DNA from: Octopus sinensis
Taxonomy: Eukaryota
Direction: 5' to 3'
Assembly: GCF_006345805.1 (NCBI RefSeq)
Contig: NC_043004.1
Location: forward strand, 82,708,001 to 82,772,000
DNA: 64,000 bases
Positions 1 to 12,399 of this stretch are shown here, in pieces. The notes beneath the pieces were generated by a model. The model saw nothing but the letters and a program-made list of their open reading frames with translations. It was not told where the DNA came from and searched no databases. Positions within the stretch are counted from its first letter, which is position 1. Every line of letters starts with the position of its first letter. The translations under genes and the position numbers were made by a program.

Positions 1-674
1 TATACATATATATATATATATATACATACATATATATGGCATGATTGCTGAAGTATAAAGAAGTGTTTTTACTCCTCTCTGCGCCGGTCAGCAGCAAGCT
101 TCACAGCTACATTCGTCGAAATTGACCATCACATATATTCCTGTATATTTGAAACCACGCTTTTTTCCAACTCGTGAGTAGACTTTTCCTTAACCACAAA
201 CTATTTTCATAATTTTCAAACGACCAAATATTTTCAAACACCTTCTGATAACTAAAGGATCACCCACACATAAAAAATTAGAAAAAGAGGGAAAAGAAGA
301 AAAGAAAGATAAAATAACTACAAGCTCATAATTCAAATACAAACTTCTCAGTATTACAGCAAACATTCTGTACAATCAATTCTACATACTTCTCCTTAAA
401 AAAAAATAATAATTAAAAGTAATCAACAAAACAAACGAACAAAATAAAATTTAATAAAACATATCCACCAGAATGGCTAGCCACCAAAAATCCAACAAAA
501 ACTGGTCTGATAATGAAGTCGACGTTCTTATCAACACATGGCATGGCCTTACCGAAACAGAGAGCATAGGTGCTTCGTGTCTGAACGAAATTGCTAAAGA
601 ACAGTTCACCATTTGCAAACTCGATCTGAACAGCAGATACAAAATAAATTAAAACAAATCGAAGTTGCTTTTAA

Positions 675-1727
675 ATTAATAAACACTTCGATAAACTGAG
701 ATGTGTTTTCTCTTCGAACGCATCACCGGCGCAACAACAACAACAACAACCTCAACAACAACAAACTCAGCGGCAACAACAACAACAACAGCTACAGCAA
801 CAACACCTTCAGCAGCAACAACCTCAGCGGCAACAACAACAAAAACCTCAACAACAAACTCAGCGGCAACAACAACAACAACAGATACAGCAACAACAAC
901 AACAGGATGAACCACTCCTTGATTCATCTACAATGGCCGATTTGCTAAACGAAACGATTGACCCCCCAGTCATCAGGGTCACACAGCAGGAAGCACCACC
1001 CCTTCCTTTCACTGCCCCAGCAGCTCAATCATCATCATTGTCAACACCATCTCCTCTGCTTACTACTACTAGTACTACTCCCACTATGTATCGACAAACA
1101 TCTTGGAATCGACCTCCTCAATCATTACCACTGTCAACATCTCTTCTACCTACTACTACTACTACAACTACTACTACTAATGCTATCTCAAGGAATTTAC
1201 CTCCTACAGGTCACAAAGGTCGCCAAAACTTCAACAAACAATCATCTACACCTTTCACAACTCACACACACACACGCACCTACACACCCACTCGAAACCC
1301 TAACATTTGCCGATATTCTCTTCGCCATAGACTGTGCACTGATAGAGACTGCAAATTCACCCATTTACCTGGAACAAAACGCTCTATCCCCACAAACTAC
1401 AACAGCAACCACCATAATACAACATCACCACAACCACCAATATCTCTAACAAGGAATCCCCAAATCTGCCGCTATTCCCAGCGAGACAGATTGTGTTTGC
1501 ACAGGGATTGCCCCTTTACCCATCTCCCGGGGACTCGTCGGACATTTAAAGATAACCACTCATATAAAAATAACCACAACCACAGTCACCTACAGTTCCC
1601 TAGACAGGAAACCACCTCTTCTTCCTCTTTTTTAGCTATAATGAATCTAGCAAAAGAACTGGAAAAAAACATCCGAGCTATCACCCACCACCATCCACCA
1701 CTATTACACCACTGCACATGCCATTAA
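675..1727 (+). CDS. LINE ORF1 (poly-Gln/Thr-rich, two C-x8-C-x4-C-x3-H zinc fingers)
   Basis: Frame is open from 675 (poly-Q) through ATG 933 to the stop at 1727. Duplicated unit TRNPxICRYSxRxRLCxxRDCxFTHLPGT at ~1290-1385 and ~1450-1545. Confidence 0.7.
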   Translation: MNKHFDKLRCVFSSNASPAQQQQQQPQQQQTQRQQQQQQLQQQHLQQQQPQRQQQQKPQQQTQRQQQQQQIQQQQQQDEPLLDSSTMADLLNETIDPPVIRVTQQEAPPLPFTAPAAQSSSLSTPSPLLTTTSTTPTMYRQTSWNRPPQSLPLSTSLLPTTTTTTTTTNAISRNLPPTGHKGRQNFNKQSSTPFTTHTHTRTYTPTRNPNICRYSLRHRLCTDRDCKFTHLPGTKRSIPTNYNSNHHNTTSPQPPISLTRNPQICRYSQRDRLCLHRDCPFTHLPGTRRTFKDNHSYKNNHNHSHLQFPRQETTSSSSFLAIMNLAKELEKNIRAITHHHPPLLHHCTCH

Positions 1728-3000
1728 AAAGCAATAAAATGAACAAATCACCAAATCAATTAAAACCATCCACTCTCGCCTCAACATTTCTGCTTAATGC
1801 CCAAGGCATCAGCCCTTCCACCAATACACACAAATGGAAGATAAGATTCCTGGAGGACTGGGTAGAGGCCCATCCAAACCACATCCCTTTCTTCGTCCTC
1901 ACTGAAACCCATCTTAGTGACCTCCACTTGGAAGCCGAGGTGAAAGTTAAAAATTTCAAAACCATTCGTGCTGATCGTGCTGGCAGAAGAAAGGGTGGGA
2001 CTGCCATTTATGTCCATGATTCATTCTCAACAGAAGCCATGAACATATTTTCCAATGGATACTGCAAAGCAGTCGCTGTATTCAGTCAAACCAACAACTT
2101 AACAGTAGTTGGGCTCTACAGACCACCCCAAACGCCCCTACCATGCTTCAAGGAATGCCTCAACAGCATAAAGTGTTTCATTCAGCAGTGTCAACCTGAC
2201 AACATTTTAATGATGGGAGACTTCAACCTTCCCGGGGTTGACTGGTCTACAAACAGTCTGCCGCCAGGTTCTTCTCTCTCAACCCCTGACAGGAAGGCAG
2301 TGGAATCGCTTCTTGACTTCATGGATGATTTCTTCCTGTCCCAACTGGTACTCGAACCAACGAGATGTCACAAAAACGTCTTAGACTTAGTTTTCAGCAA
2401 TCTCACTGATACTATCCACAATATTGCAGTGGAGAAAACCCTACTCTCCGATCATGACATGGTTCTCTGTGATCTGAGATTTCACTGGCCAAAATGCAAG
2501 ACAAATGTCATCCCTCCTGTTCATCCATTTGACACTATGGATTTCCACAATGCAAACTGGGAAGCGATCAATAATTATCTTGCACAAGTCGATTGGTCCT
2601 TCACGCACACATACACACCCACTAACATCAAAAAGTCCTGGCAGTCACTTGTAGACACCATCACGAACATATGTGCAAGACACACCCCATTAAGATCTGC
2701 AAACAAATCTAAGTGTCGAATCCCCAGGAATAGAAAATCTCTCATAAGGAAAATTAAAAGAATTAACAAAAAGATCAACACTCTGAAATACTGTCAACAG
2801 CAACACACCAACCTGACTGCCATCTCGTCGCTAGAGATTAAAAAACATAAACTCCAAAACAACATGATGTCTATCATCAATAGTCAGCGAAGAGCTGAAG
2901 AGGCCTGGGCCATTGAGAAGATCAAACTCAAACCCAAAGTGTTATTTTCATTTGCAAAAAAAACACAGTCACTGGTTCTACTGTTGGCCCTCTACCTAGC
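1718..3000 (+). CDS. LINE ORF2 N-terminal APE endonuclease (3'-truncated)
   Basis: Canonical exonuclease/endonuclease/phosphatase motifs in the 452-aa ORF. The last ~25 aa of that ORF are receptor-derived. Confidence 0.85.
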
Positions 3001-3662
3001 GAAAATCTTCAGAAAACCTAAAGACAAACAAATAATCGAAGCATTCACCAAACATACAATTGAAGAAGTTTTATAACAATAACTTAATATTTTCTTTTGT
3101 AACTCTTGTACTTATATTTTCACCCGTTATTGTGATCATTACTATGAACCACGTTCTCCCGTTTTTCAATGAGAATATTTGGAATCAATCAGTCATTATT
3201 AGAAAAACCAGCAACATTCTTGCCTTAATTATTTCAATAATAAACATTTTATTTAATGCTGTGTCAATTACAGCTGTCATACCTGATTGGTATATGGATA
3301 TTGCAATTGGGACTGCACTGCTATATGAGTTTAATAAAGTAGCGAGCGAGGCTCAGAGATACGTAGAAGAAAAGTAGTCAAACACTTTGTATTTCTTTCA
3401 GAAATATAAAGAAATTACAGAAATATGTAACTCACATGATACTCTGAGTTCAATACTGAAATTAGTAAATGAATCATTTCAGTTGACTTCGGGATTTATC
3501 ACACTAGTTTCTATTAATGGATGTTGTATTGCAACTTACATAATTGTTAATGATTCATTTAAAACTGTATTCTCTGTACACACTACTGTTATATTTGTGA
3601 CTTCTATAAACGTAATTTTTTCGATCACAATGATCTGGATTGGAGTCCGTTTAAATAAATCG
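3001..3662 (+). pseudogene. GR-like chemoreceptor exon copy 1, 5'-truncated pseudo-exon
   Basis: KIFRKPKDKQIIEAF...YEFNKVASEAQRYVEEK*...EITEICNSHDTL...WIGVRLNKS. Frameshift near 3065, TAG at 3375-3377, donor TCG|GTAAG after 3662. Confidence 0.85.
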
Positions 3663-4043
3663 GTAAGTTATAGAAATATTTTATAAAATTCTGTCATCTG
3701 ATTTTTTAATTCTTTTTATAATACATAGTACATCATAGAATATATCGAATTAGCAAATTCATTATTGTGTGGGAACAATACTTTACGTCATATACACACA
3801 TACATACATCTATATATATATATATATATACACAGACACACACATACATGTGTGCATACACACACACATACACATACACACATATATATATAAACAAGCA
3901 TAAATACTGACCGGTATATATGTGTATATGAACGTGTCACCTTACATAAGAAAAAGTATACAACGTCCAAATACATAATCTTTAAATAAGTGTTTCGGCT
4001 TTTATATCCATTAGAAGAAAGATAAATATTATTATTATTATTA

Positions 4044-4822
4044 TTTTATGAGGCAGATATAACAAAAAAGCTTTTACTCAAACAACACAAGTAAACTTTG
4101 AAAAAATAATTGATATAATACTGAATAATAGATATGAATATAACATCCATATGTCATTTATTGTATTTGTTAAAGTCGATAAACACTCAGAAGCTATGTG
4201 CGTGACTGTGTGTACGTGTATTTATGTACGTAGGCATGTATGTACCTATATATAAATATTCATACTGATATTCCATTTTGTGTATTCGTGAATGTTCTTT
4301 TAATTTATAGACTCTAATCCCTATGTGTCTTAAAAAGCTTTAATTTTATTCTTTTAATAGTTTCAGTTATTAGACGGTGATCCTGCATGAGCTCTTTTAA
4401 GCTTAGTGGATTTTTTTAATACTTATACAACATCAATAAGAACTAATTAAAAGTAATATCTAAGTACGGAGAAACTAAATCATAGATGCATGCTACTATA
4501 TTAATCAAAAGAAATATCAATGCTCTTTTAAAAGGCAGATATAATACGAGCTTATTAACTTTCTGATGTCCATTTTGAAACAATGCTTGATATAATACAA
4601 ACTAATTGATATCAGTAAAATATTGATTTTGTACTTGTACATATAACAGTCTCAAACAACCAGTAATATACAGTTACGTACATGAAACAGTACAAAGCAT
4701 TATAAGATATTAGAAGATCTATAAAAGTGAGAAACAGCTTGTTGGTTTTAACTGTTGACTTTGAAGCAGCTATTGAAGAAGTTGTAGTTACAAACAACAA
4801 AACAGAACCAAAAAGAAAAAAA
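4044..4822 (+). promoter_or_regulatory. Conserved non-coding upstream module of receptor subfamily I (TTTTATGAGGCAGATA-containing)
   Basis: Homologous blocks at ~8350/9800-10148, 17454-18224 and 31369-32226. Indels are not multiples of 3, so non-coding. Regulatory role is inferred. Confidence 0.45.
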
Positions 4823-5776
4823 ATGCAACTCAAAGAAACACGATTCTTTAAAATGATAGAACTGTACCAGAAACTTAATCATATCAGGTTATTATTTACG
4901 AGTATCGCATCTCTGAAATCGCTGAAATATAGCGCAATTTGTTTTTATGCGTTTTATGCAGTGTATTGTCTATATTCGATTGGAAAACCCGCTCTAGATC
5001 TTGTTATTTTAATACAACTGAGAGATAGGACACCTGATGAAATATTTGTGTATATTTATTTCATATTTTCTCATTGTTTCCTCACACTGCATTGTGTTAT
5101 AAAATCCTTCAAAAAATTTAATGCTGAGGAACTAATAGAAGCTTTTGACAAAATTAAAGTTCAAGAAGAAGATAAACAATTCTACAATTCAGCATCAATA
5201 TATTCATATAAGTTATTAGGTGTTGTTATATTCTTGAGAATTATAATTTATTTTATCATCATTCATTTAATTTCGTATTTCAATGACAATTTTGTTAGTT
5301 GGTTAACATATCCTGTTTCAGTTAGCAATCCGTATAAATGGCCGATGTTAACAATTCAGGTTTTATGTAATTGCATATCAATTTCATCGTTTACACTTGA
5401 TTTCTATATGAACTTTGCAATTGAAACTGCATTGTCCTATGAATTCAACAAAGTAGCGAAAGAAGCTCAGAGATACATCGAAGAAAAGCAATCAGACGCT
5501 TCGTATTTCTTTAAGAAATACAATGAGATTACAGAAATATTTAACACACATGATACTCTGATTACAACAGTGAAATTAGTAAATGAATCGTTTCACAAGA
5601 CGGGCGGACTAATCGTAATTAGTAGTATTTTTGGATGTTGCATTGCAACTTACGGAATTATAAATGGTTCCTTTACAAATATATCATATATATACTTCTA
5701 TGTTTCATATCAGTTAACTAATTGCCTTACTCATTTTATTACAACGGTTTGGATAGGAGTACGTTTAAACAAATCG
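4823..5776 (+). CDS. GR-like (GRL) 7TM chemoreceptor, large coding exon (TM1-TM6), copy 2, intact
   Basis: 318 codons from ATG (MQLKETRFFKM) to WIGVRLNKS, then phase-0 GTAAGT. Six hydrophobic segments; HDTLxxxVxLVNESF and CCIATYG motifs. Confidence 0.8.
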
Positions 5777-6049
5777 GTAAGTTATATAATATATTTATAT
5801 AGTTCTATCAACTGCTTATCCGTGATTCTATATTACATGTGACATCATGAAAGACAAGGAATTAATAGACTCATTGAAGAGTCTACACAAATTTTTGTGT
5901 CCTTTTCTTGGTTTTCTATGATTAGGAATCTTATTCCACAAATAAGAATCGTACCAGTTATCTTTCCAGGTTTTGGTAATAAAATTTGGTGACTACAGTA
6001 TATATTTCGCTGTTTTCCACTCGCTCTGTCTCTATCTTACTGAGACTGG

Positions 6050-6233
6050 GGTTTCTTCTTCTTCTTCTTCTTCTTCTTCTTCTTCTTCTTCATCATCATC
6101 ATTTGTTTTCTTCTTCTTCTTGTTCCTCTCTTCCTCTTTTCATTCTTCTTTTCTTCTCCAATTTCCTCTTATGCATATTCTTCTTCTCCTCCTCCTCCTC
6201 CTCCTGCTCCTCCCCATTCTCCTTCTTCTGATG

Positions 6234-6282
<49 letters not shown>

Positions 6283-6289
6283 TAATAAT

Positions 6290-6327
<38 letters not shown>

Positions 6328-6376
6328 CAATAATAATAATAATAATAATAATAATAGTAATAATAATGATAATAAT

Positions 6377-6418
<42 letters not shown>

Positions 6419-6515
6419 TAATAATAATAGTAATAATAAAAACAATAATAATAATAATAATGAAAACAATAATAATAATAATAATAATAAAAACAATAAT
6501 AATAATAATAATAAA

Positions 6516-6560
<45 letters not shown>
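6050..6560. repeat. Compound microsatellite (TTC)n/(CTC)n/(AAT)n/(TTA)n
   Basis: Read directly from the sequence. Confidence 0.95.
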
Positions 6561-6561
<1 letters not shown>

Positions 6562-7150
6562 TTGCTTTGTCTCAGGTTCGGTCATATTCCTGGTAGTGAT
6601 TATTTGGATAGTGGGTTACTATCGCTAAACATGTGTATCCATAAGTTTTCCCCATCTTCCGCCTCCTGATAATCCTTGCTCTACGTAAGGGTCAGACGTT
6701 TTGTAAGAGCTCTACTGAGCATTTTATCTCAATCTCCCTGAGGCATTTGTCTATATCCTCACTTGCTGATCCCTGTGTAGTAATTATCCTAAGCCCGACC
6801 ATTACTGTTCACATGCTCCAATTTCTTCCTATTACACATTTTAAAGGATTGTATTCTTTTATCGTTTTCCCCCTCTTTCTTTACGATTCTGGAGTCAAAT
6901 GGGCATGATGGGTCGATAAATAAGCAGCTTCGCTTTCCCCTATCTATGATTGCAATGTCAGGTCTATTGGTTATTGTTTTCTCATTTCTTGTCCATTTGA
7001 ATGGGAAAATTACACAAAAGCTTACATTTCTTCGACTCTAATACTCTTTTGACTGGATGATTGTACCACGTGTTTCCAGCTTGAGTTCCCTATTTCTGGC
7101 AAAGTTTCCTGTATAAGACTTTTACACTCTTGTCGTGTCTCCATTTCTTA
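6560..7150 (-). mobile_element. R4/Dong-type (RLE) LINE 3' fragment
   Basis: Minus strand reads NRPDIAIIDRGKRSCLFIDPSCPFDSRIVKKE (restriction-like endonuclease), followed by a (TAA)n tail. Confidence 0.7.
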
Positions 7151-7166
7151 AATTATTATCATAATT

Positions 7167-7372
7167 GGCTGCTAGCAGAATAGTTAGCGTGCTGTACGGA
7201 GTAATTAGCAGTATTTCGCCCATCGCTACGTTCTGAGTTCAAATTCCACCGAGGTAGATTTTGCCTCTGATCCTTTCGTGATAAAAGGCAAATTAAGTAC
7301 CAATCAAGTCTGGGGTCGATGTGATCGACTATCCCACTCGGCACAAATTTCAGGCCTTGTGCCTATAGTGGA
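7167..7372 (+). mobile_element. tRNA-derived SINE family A (degenerate)
   Basis: B-box-like GAGTTCAAATTCC; GTAGATTTTGCCT..ATCCTTTCG; GGGGTCGAT body shared with other copies. Confidence 0.75.
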
Positions 7373-7519
7373 ATCCGTTATTATTATTATCGTTGTTGTC
7401 GTTGTTGTTCTTAGTACAATAGATCGTCAATGAATTTCTCGTATCGATGAACCATCCGCCCAACAATTAAAATCATTCGTCTTGCTCACCAGTTCAAAAA
7501 CACAAAAGATTATATATAA

Positions 7520-7849
7520 CCAATGTTTCTGTTTACAAGTTAATGTTGAATGAGGACCAAAGCCAAGCCACTGTAACGAGAAAAAATTATTCTATACATA
7601 ACAGTTTGAAAACTGAAAGGAAAGCGAATCAGTTATCCTGAGGAAAAATTAGAAATCGTATTTTTAAACATAATGCTTAAATAGATTTTATAAGTTTAAA
7701 TAATTCAGTTGTTTATGAAACTGAAAAAGCAAATTTAATATTGTTTAGTAAGTGTTCAGATACAGGGAATTCCTAATGTCGCATGAACACGTTTATATAA
7801 ATGACTAATAGATCGCGACGTCTTTGAAAATATATCTCGCGAAATCTAC

Positions 7850-7850
<1 letters not shown>
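7520..7850 (+). other. Far-upstream conserved non-coding block (also ~15560-15725 and ~29720-30040)
   Basis: Shared ...TACAAGTTA..., GAAA(G/A)(C/T)GAAACAATTTTCCT, GAAAATCGTATT ahead of copies 3, 4 and 5. Confidence 0.5.
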
Positions 7851-8270
<420 letters not shown>

Positions 8271-8500
8271 TAGGTAACACAGTATCGTATTGTGGAAATA
8301 TGACTGAGAAATACGCTTCTTTATTAATTAAGCGAACGTTAAAATTTGTTTTTTATGAGGCAATTATAATATAAGACTTTATTCAATCAGCACACAAGAT
8401 AAATCGATAAATATGAATGTAATTATCGATACGCTAATTAGTGTTTATGGCAAAATTAATAAGCACACAGAATGTGTGTGAGTGTTCTCGCGCATCTATT

Positions 8501-9776
8501 TACGATGTGGTATCAAAACAGTTCCCGGACTAGTTGTGTAGCACGCTAATAGTTGGCAGCACACAGCTGTGTGCGCAGTGAGAGCTAGCAGTATCCTACA
8601 TGAGGCATTCTGCCCTGCGGCATTGATATCTTTACTTCGCATGTTATGAGATTTATGTTTTTGTAATCGCGTGAATGATGTAATCTGCGATTTATGTCAT
8701 TATCAGGAAGCTGCAACAAAGGGCCAACGTGAAATTTTGGGTCGAACTTGGAGTGTCTGCTACGGATGCATTGAGCATGTTTCAGCAAGCTTATGGTCTG
8801 GAGGAAATGGGTTGTACATGATGTTTGGAGTAGCACAGACGCTTCAAATACAGAACAAGTTACCTGGACGGTGATAATCGATCTGGAAGACCTGCCACGA
8901 GCGCCACATCCCCCCACCTATAATTTGATGAAAATTCATTGGCTCGTGAACGTGATTCATCAGGGGACTATCAGAGACATTGCAGATGTTGTTTTGTATC
9001 AGTCAATTAAGGCAGTCGTAAAATCTGAATTGAATATGCGACGAGCTCTAAAATTTTGTCGCCCGCCAGCTGAACACTGAGAAGAAAGAACATCGAAGTC
9101 TATTAAGATCTCTGTCGGCGGCATCGAGGGTTGTCAGCGGTGACGAGATTTAGGTCTACGGGCACGGCACTAAGATGAAGTACTATTCGTCGCAATGGAC
9201 GAGTCCTTCATCTAAACGCCCAAAGGAGGCACAACAGAGCCTCACCTCCATCAAGAGCATGATCATCGTTATAATCAACATCCACGGCATTGTGAATCAA
9301 TAATTCTTCCATCTGGGCTGGATCGTCAATCGAGAGTTTTGCTACAACGTTTTAAAGCGTTTGAGGGAGGACATTGGGCGAAAGCAACCGGATCTGCGAA
9401 GGGCGAAGTATTGGGTTCTTTACGACGATAATGCACCCTGTCACAGAGTTCTCATTACTTGTGAGTTTCTCTCCAGAAACAACATGGCATCGCTTCCGCA
9501 CCTGTCCTATTTTCCAGATTTATCACCCGCGTACTTCCATCTCTTGCCCAAGATGAACATACAGTTCAAATGTTACAACTGTCGAAATCCAGAGCGAATC
9601 GAAGAAAGTTATCGAATCGCTTACGCAAAATTACCACCAGGCTAAAAGGGACAGGAACACTGGGACCGATATATTGCTGTTCAAGAAGACTATGTTGAAC
9701 GATATGATGCTAATACAGAGGTAAATAAGCCATTATTCATTAAACACAATTAATCCGGAAGCTTATTGACACCATA
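8501..9776 (+). mobile_element. Degraded mariner (DD34D) DNA transposon
   Basis: Fragments LEDLPRAPHP, GDEI*VYG, LREDIGRKQPDL..WVLYDDNAPCH, YFPDLSPAYFHL; degenerate TIRs. Confidence 0.8.
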
Positions 9777-10148
9777 GGCACACATGTAAGTATGTGTATG
9801 TGTGTATATTAATATTTCTTTTCGTCTATTCATAAAAGTTCTAATCCTAATTGTCTTAAGAAGCTTTTCTTTTATTCTTTTAACGCTTGATATAATACAA
9901 ACTAATTGACGTCAGTATAATATTGATTTTCTTCTTATTATACGTATAACAGCTTCAAAATGTCCAGTACTATACAGATACATACATGAGGTAGTACATG
10001 GCATTAAAAAGGATGATTATAAAAGAAGGATTAAACATCTAAAAGAGTGAAATAAATATAGCCTTTTGGGATTTATGACAGCCATTTTAGCTGTTGATAT
10101 TGAAGTATCCATTGAAGAGTCGTAATTACAGAAAGAGAGAAAAAAATC

Positions 10149-11096
10149 ATGCAACGCAAAGAAACACGATTCTTTAAAATGATGGAACTGTACCAGAAAA
10201 TTAATAATATCAGATTATTATTTACGAGTATCGCATCTCTGAAATCGCTGAAAGTTAGCTCAATATGTTTTCATGTCTTTTCTGTAGTGCATTTTTTATA
10301 TATGATAGCATATCCCATTCTAGATATTGTTAATGTAATACACATGGATGATAGGACAGCTGATGAAAGATTTGTGTATATTTACTTAATAGTTTTCGAG
10401 TGTTACTTTTTGATGTATAATCTGATAAAATTCTTCAGAAAATCTAAATCCGAACAACTAATAGAAGCATTCGGCAAACTTAAAATTCAAGAAAATGATA
10501 AAAAATTCTACAATTATAAGTCCATCTATTCTTTTAAATTACTGTGCGCAGTTATATTCTTCACTGCTATTACTGACTGTATTATGATTCATTTCATTTC
10601 GTATTTCAGTAACAATGCTTTGATTTTCTTTACAAATCACGCTCCAGTTATGTATAGATGGCCGATTTTAACAACACGGTCTTTTTTCACTGGTATATCA
10701 CTTGCATCTGTGACACTTGATTTCTATATGAACTTTGCAATTGAAACCGCATTGATTTATGAGTTCAACAAAGTAGCGAATGAGGCTCAGATATACGTTA
10801 AAGAAAAGCAATCATATACTTCGTATTTCTTTAAGAAATACAATGAGATTACAGAAATATGTAACACACATGATACTCTGAGTACAATACTGAGATTAGT
10901 AAATGAATCATTTCAGTTGTCTAAGGGATTTATCGTACTTAGTAGTATTACTGGATGTTGTATTACAACTTATGGGACTATAAATGACTCATTTCAAAAT
11001 ATGTCCTCTACATACATTTACGTTGCATATGTGTTATCTTCTTGCCTAATTCAGTTGATTTTAATGGTCTGCACTGGAATTCGTTTAAACAAATCG
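10149..11096 (+). CDS. GR-like chemoreceptor exon copy 3, intact
   Basis: 316 codons, MQRKETRFFKM...CTGIRLNKS|GTAAGT. Same motifs as copy 2. Confidence 0.8.
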
Positions 11097-11160
11097 GTAA
11101 GTTGTATATATATTTTTCTCTTAACTGCTTTTCGTTTTCTCACATTATCTATCGCATGAA

Positions 11161-11830
11161 GCGGCGAGCTGGCAGAATCGTTAGCCCCTTGTGGGTAGTA
11201 AAGAAATATATAAAAATACTACTTTCTTTACTATTTTAAGGTGGCGAGCTGGCAGAATCGTTAGCACGTCGGGCGAAATGCTTAGTGGTATATCGTCCGC
11301 CGCTACGTTCTCAGTTAAAATTCCGCGCAGGTCGACTATACCTTTCATCCTTTCGGGGTCGATTGAATAAGTATCAGTTACGCACTGGGGTCGATATAAT
11401 CGACTTAATCCCTTTGTCTGTTCTTGTTTGTCCCCTCTGTGTTTAGCCCCTTGTGGGCAGTAAGAAATAGGTATTTCGTCTGCTGTTACATTCTGAGTTC
11501 AAATTCCGCCGAGATCGACTTTGCCTTTCATCCTTTCGGGGTCGATAAATTAAGTACCAGTTACGTACTGGTGTCGATCTAATCGACTGCTTGCCACTCC
11601 CCAAATTTCAGGCTTTGTGCCTAGAGTAGAAAAGAATCGTTAGCACGTCAGACAAAATGCTTAACGCCATTTTGTCTATCTTTATATTCCAAATTCAAAT
11701 TCTACCGAAGTCGACTTTGCCTCTCATTCCATCGTGATCGATTATATAAGCACCAGTTGAGCACTGGCGTCGATATAATCGATTAGTTCTATTCCATCAA
11801 ATTTCAGGCCTTGTTCCATTAGTAGAAAGG
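11161..11830 (+). mobile_element. Cluster of four tandem/nested SINE family A copies
   Basis: Repeated GGCGAGCTGGCAGAATCGTTAGC heads and GTCGACTTTGCCTTTCATCCTTTCGGGGTCGAT bodies. Confidence 0.85.
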
Positions 11831-12399
11831 ATATTACCTGTCTTATGAGAAAAGATGCCATATTGGCAGAGTCGTTAAAGAGTATTCATAAATGATGGCG
11901 TCTTTTTTTCTCGGCTTTCTGTAGAACATTCGGTTGAACTAATTTTACCGTGTTCTATTATTAAATTACACTTGAATTAATGGACGGAAACCTCAGCTTC
12001 CTCTACCCATCTATGTTTTTGTGTTCACAGACTTTATGCGTTTCAATTCCTTAATCTCCATCTCTCTCTTGCTGCTATTTGGTTTTCTTCTTCTTCTTCT
12101 CCTCCTACTCCTCCTTCCTCTTCTTCTCCCTTTTCCTCCCCCTCCTCCCCCACTCCTTCTTCTTTTTCTTCTTCGTTTTTGAAGCCTGCTATTTATTCTA
12201 TTCTTCACTTCAGACGAACTATTAAAGAACGGAGACGTTAACAAACTAAATCCGGTTTTTCAAGGGTTGCTTTGAACGACCAAAATCAGCAAATTACATT
12301 TACACACGCACACAAACACACATTCACACCCATACATGCGCGCACACATAAATATACATAGAAAAGTATATTTGCGAACGCAACGTGGTAGTCCTACGT

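Larger units (their letters stand above)
473..3000 (+). mobile_element. CR1/L2-group (Jockey superclade) non-LTR retrotransposon, 5' half only (frameshifted ORF1 + APE endonuclease; RT missing)
   Basis: ORF2 (1718-) has APE motifs: FLLNAQG, LTETHL, RADRAGRRKGGTAIY, MGDFNLP, LDLVFSN, SDHD. Overlapping upstream ORF1 has two CCCH-type repeats. LINE homology ends at 'VGPL' near 3000, where receptor sequence begins. Confidence 0.85.

Noticed and set aside
701-948. Thr-rich and Asn-rich ORFs at 701/703
   Set aside because: Alternate frames of the (CAA)n poly-Gln stretch in LINE ORF1.
4044-4200. TTTTATGAG|GCAGAT module and the 7520/15560/29720 block as the missing exon 2
   Set aside because: Paralogs differ by non-triplet indels, contain early stops and encode no TM helix.
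4727-4822. N-terminal extensions from GTG/TTG starts in the ORF track (4727, 18153, 47099)
   Set aside because: Non-ATG starts; the homologous region in copies 3 and 5 contains stops. The aligned ATG is the likely start.
5777-5842. Read-through tails of the receptor ORFs (SVSYII..., SVSLLLL..., SVSVIS...) as true C-termini
   Set aside because: Similarity ends right after GTAAGT (which encodes 'VS'); tails vary from a few to ~80 aa and include microsatellites. They are intron.
5960-6050. TTATCTTTCCAG acceptor-like site after copies 2 and 4
   Set aside because: Phase-0 translation is not conserved (the copy 4 version stops after 7 codons) and it is not seen after other copies.
5973-6669. Long ORFs of poly-I/L/N/Y and the many YIYI/CVCV ORFs across the window
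   Set aside because: Translations of microsatellites.
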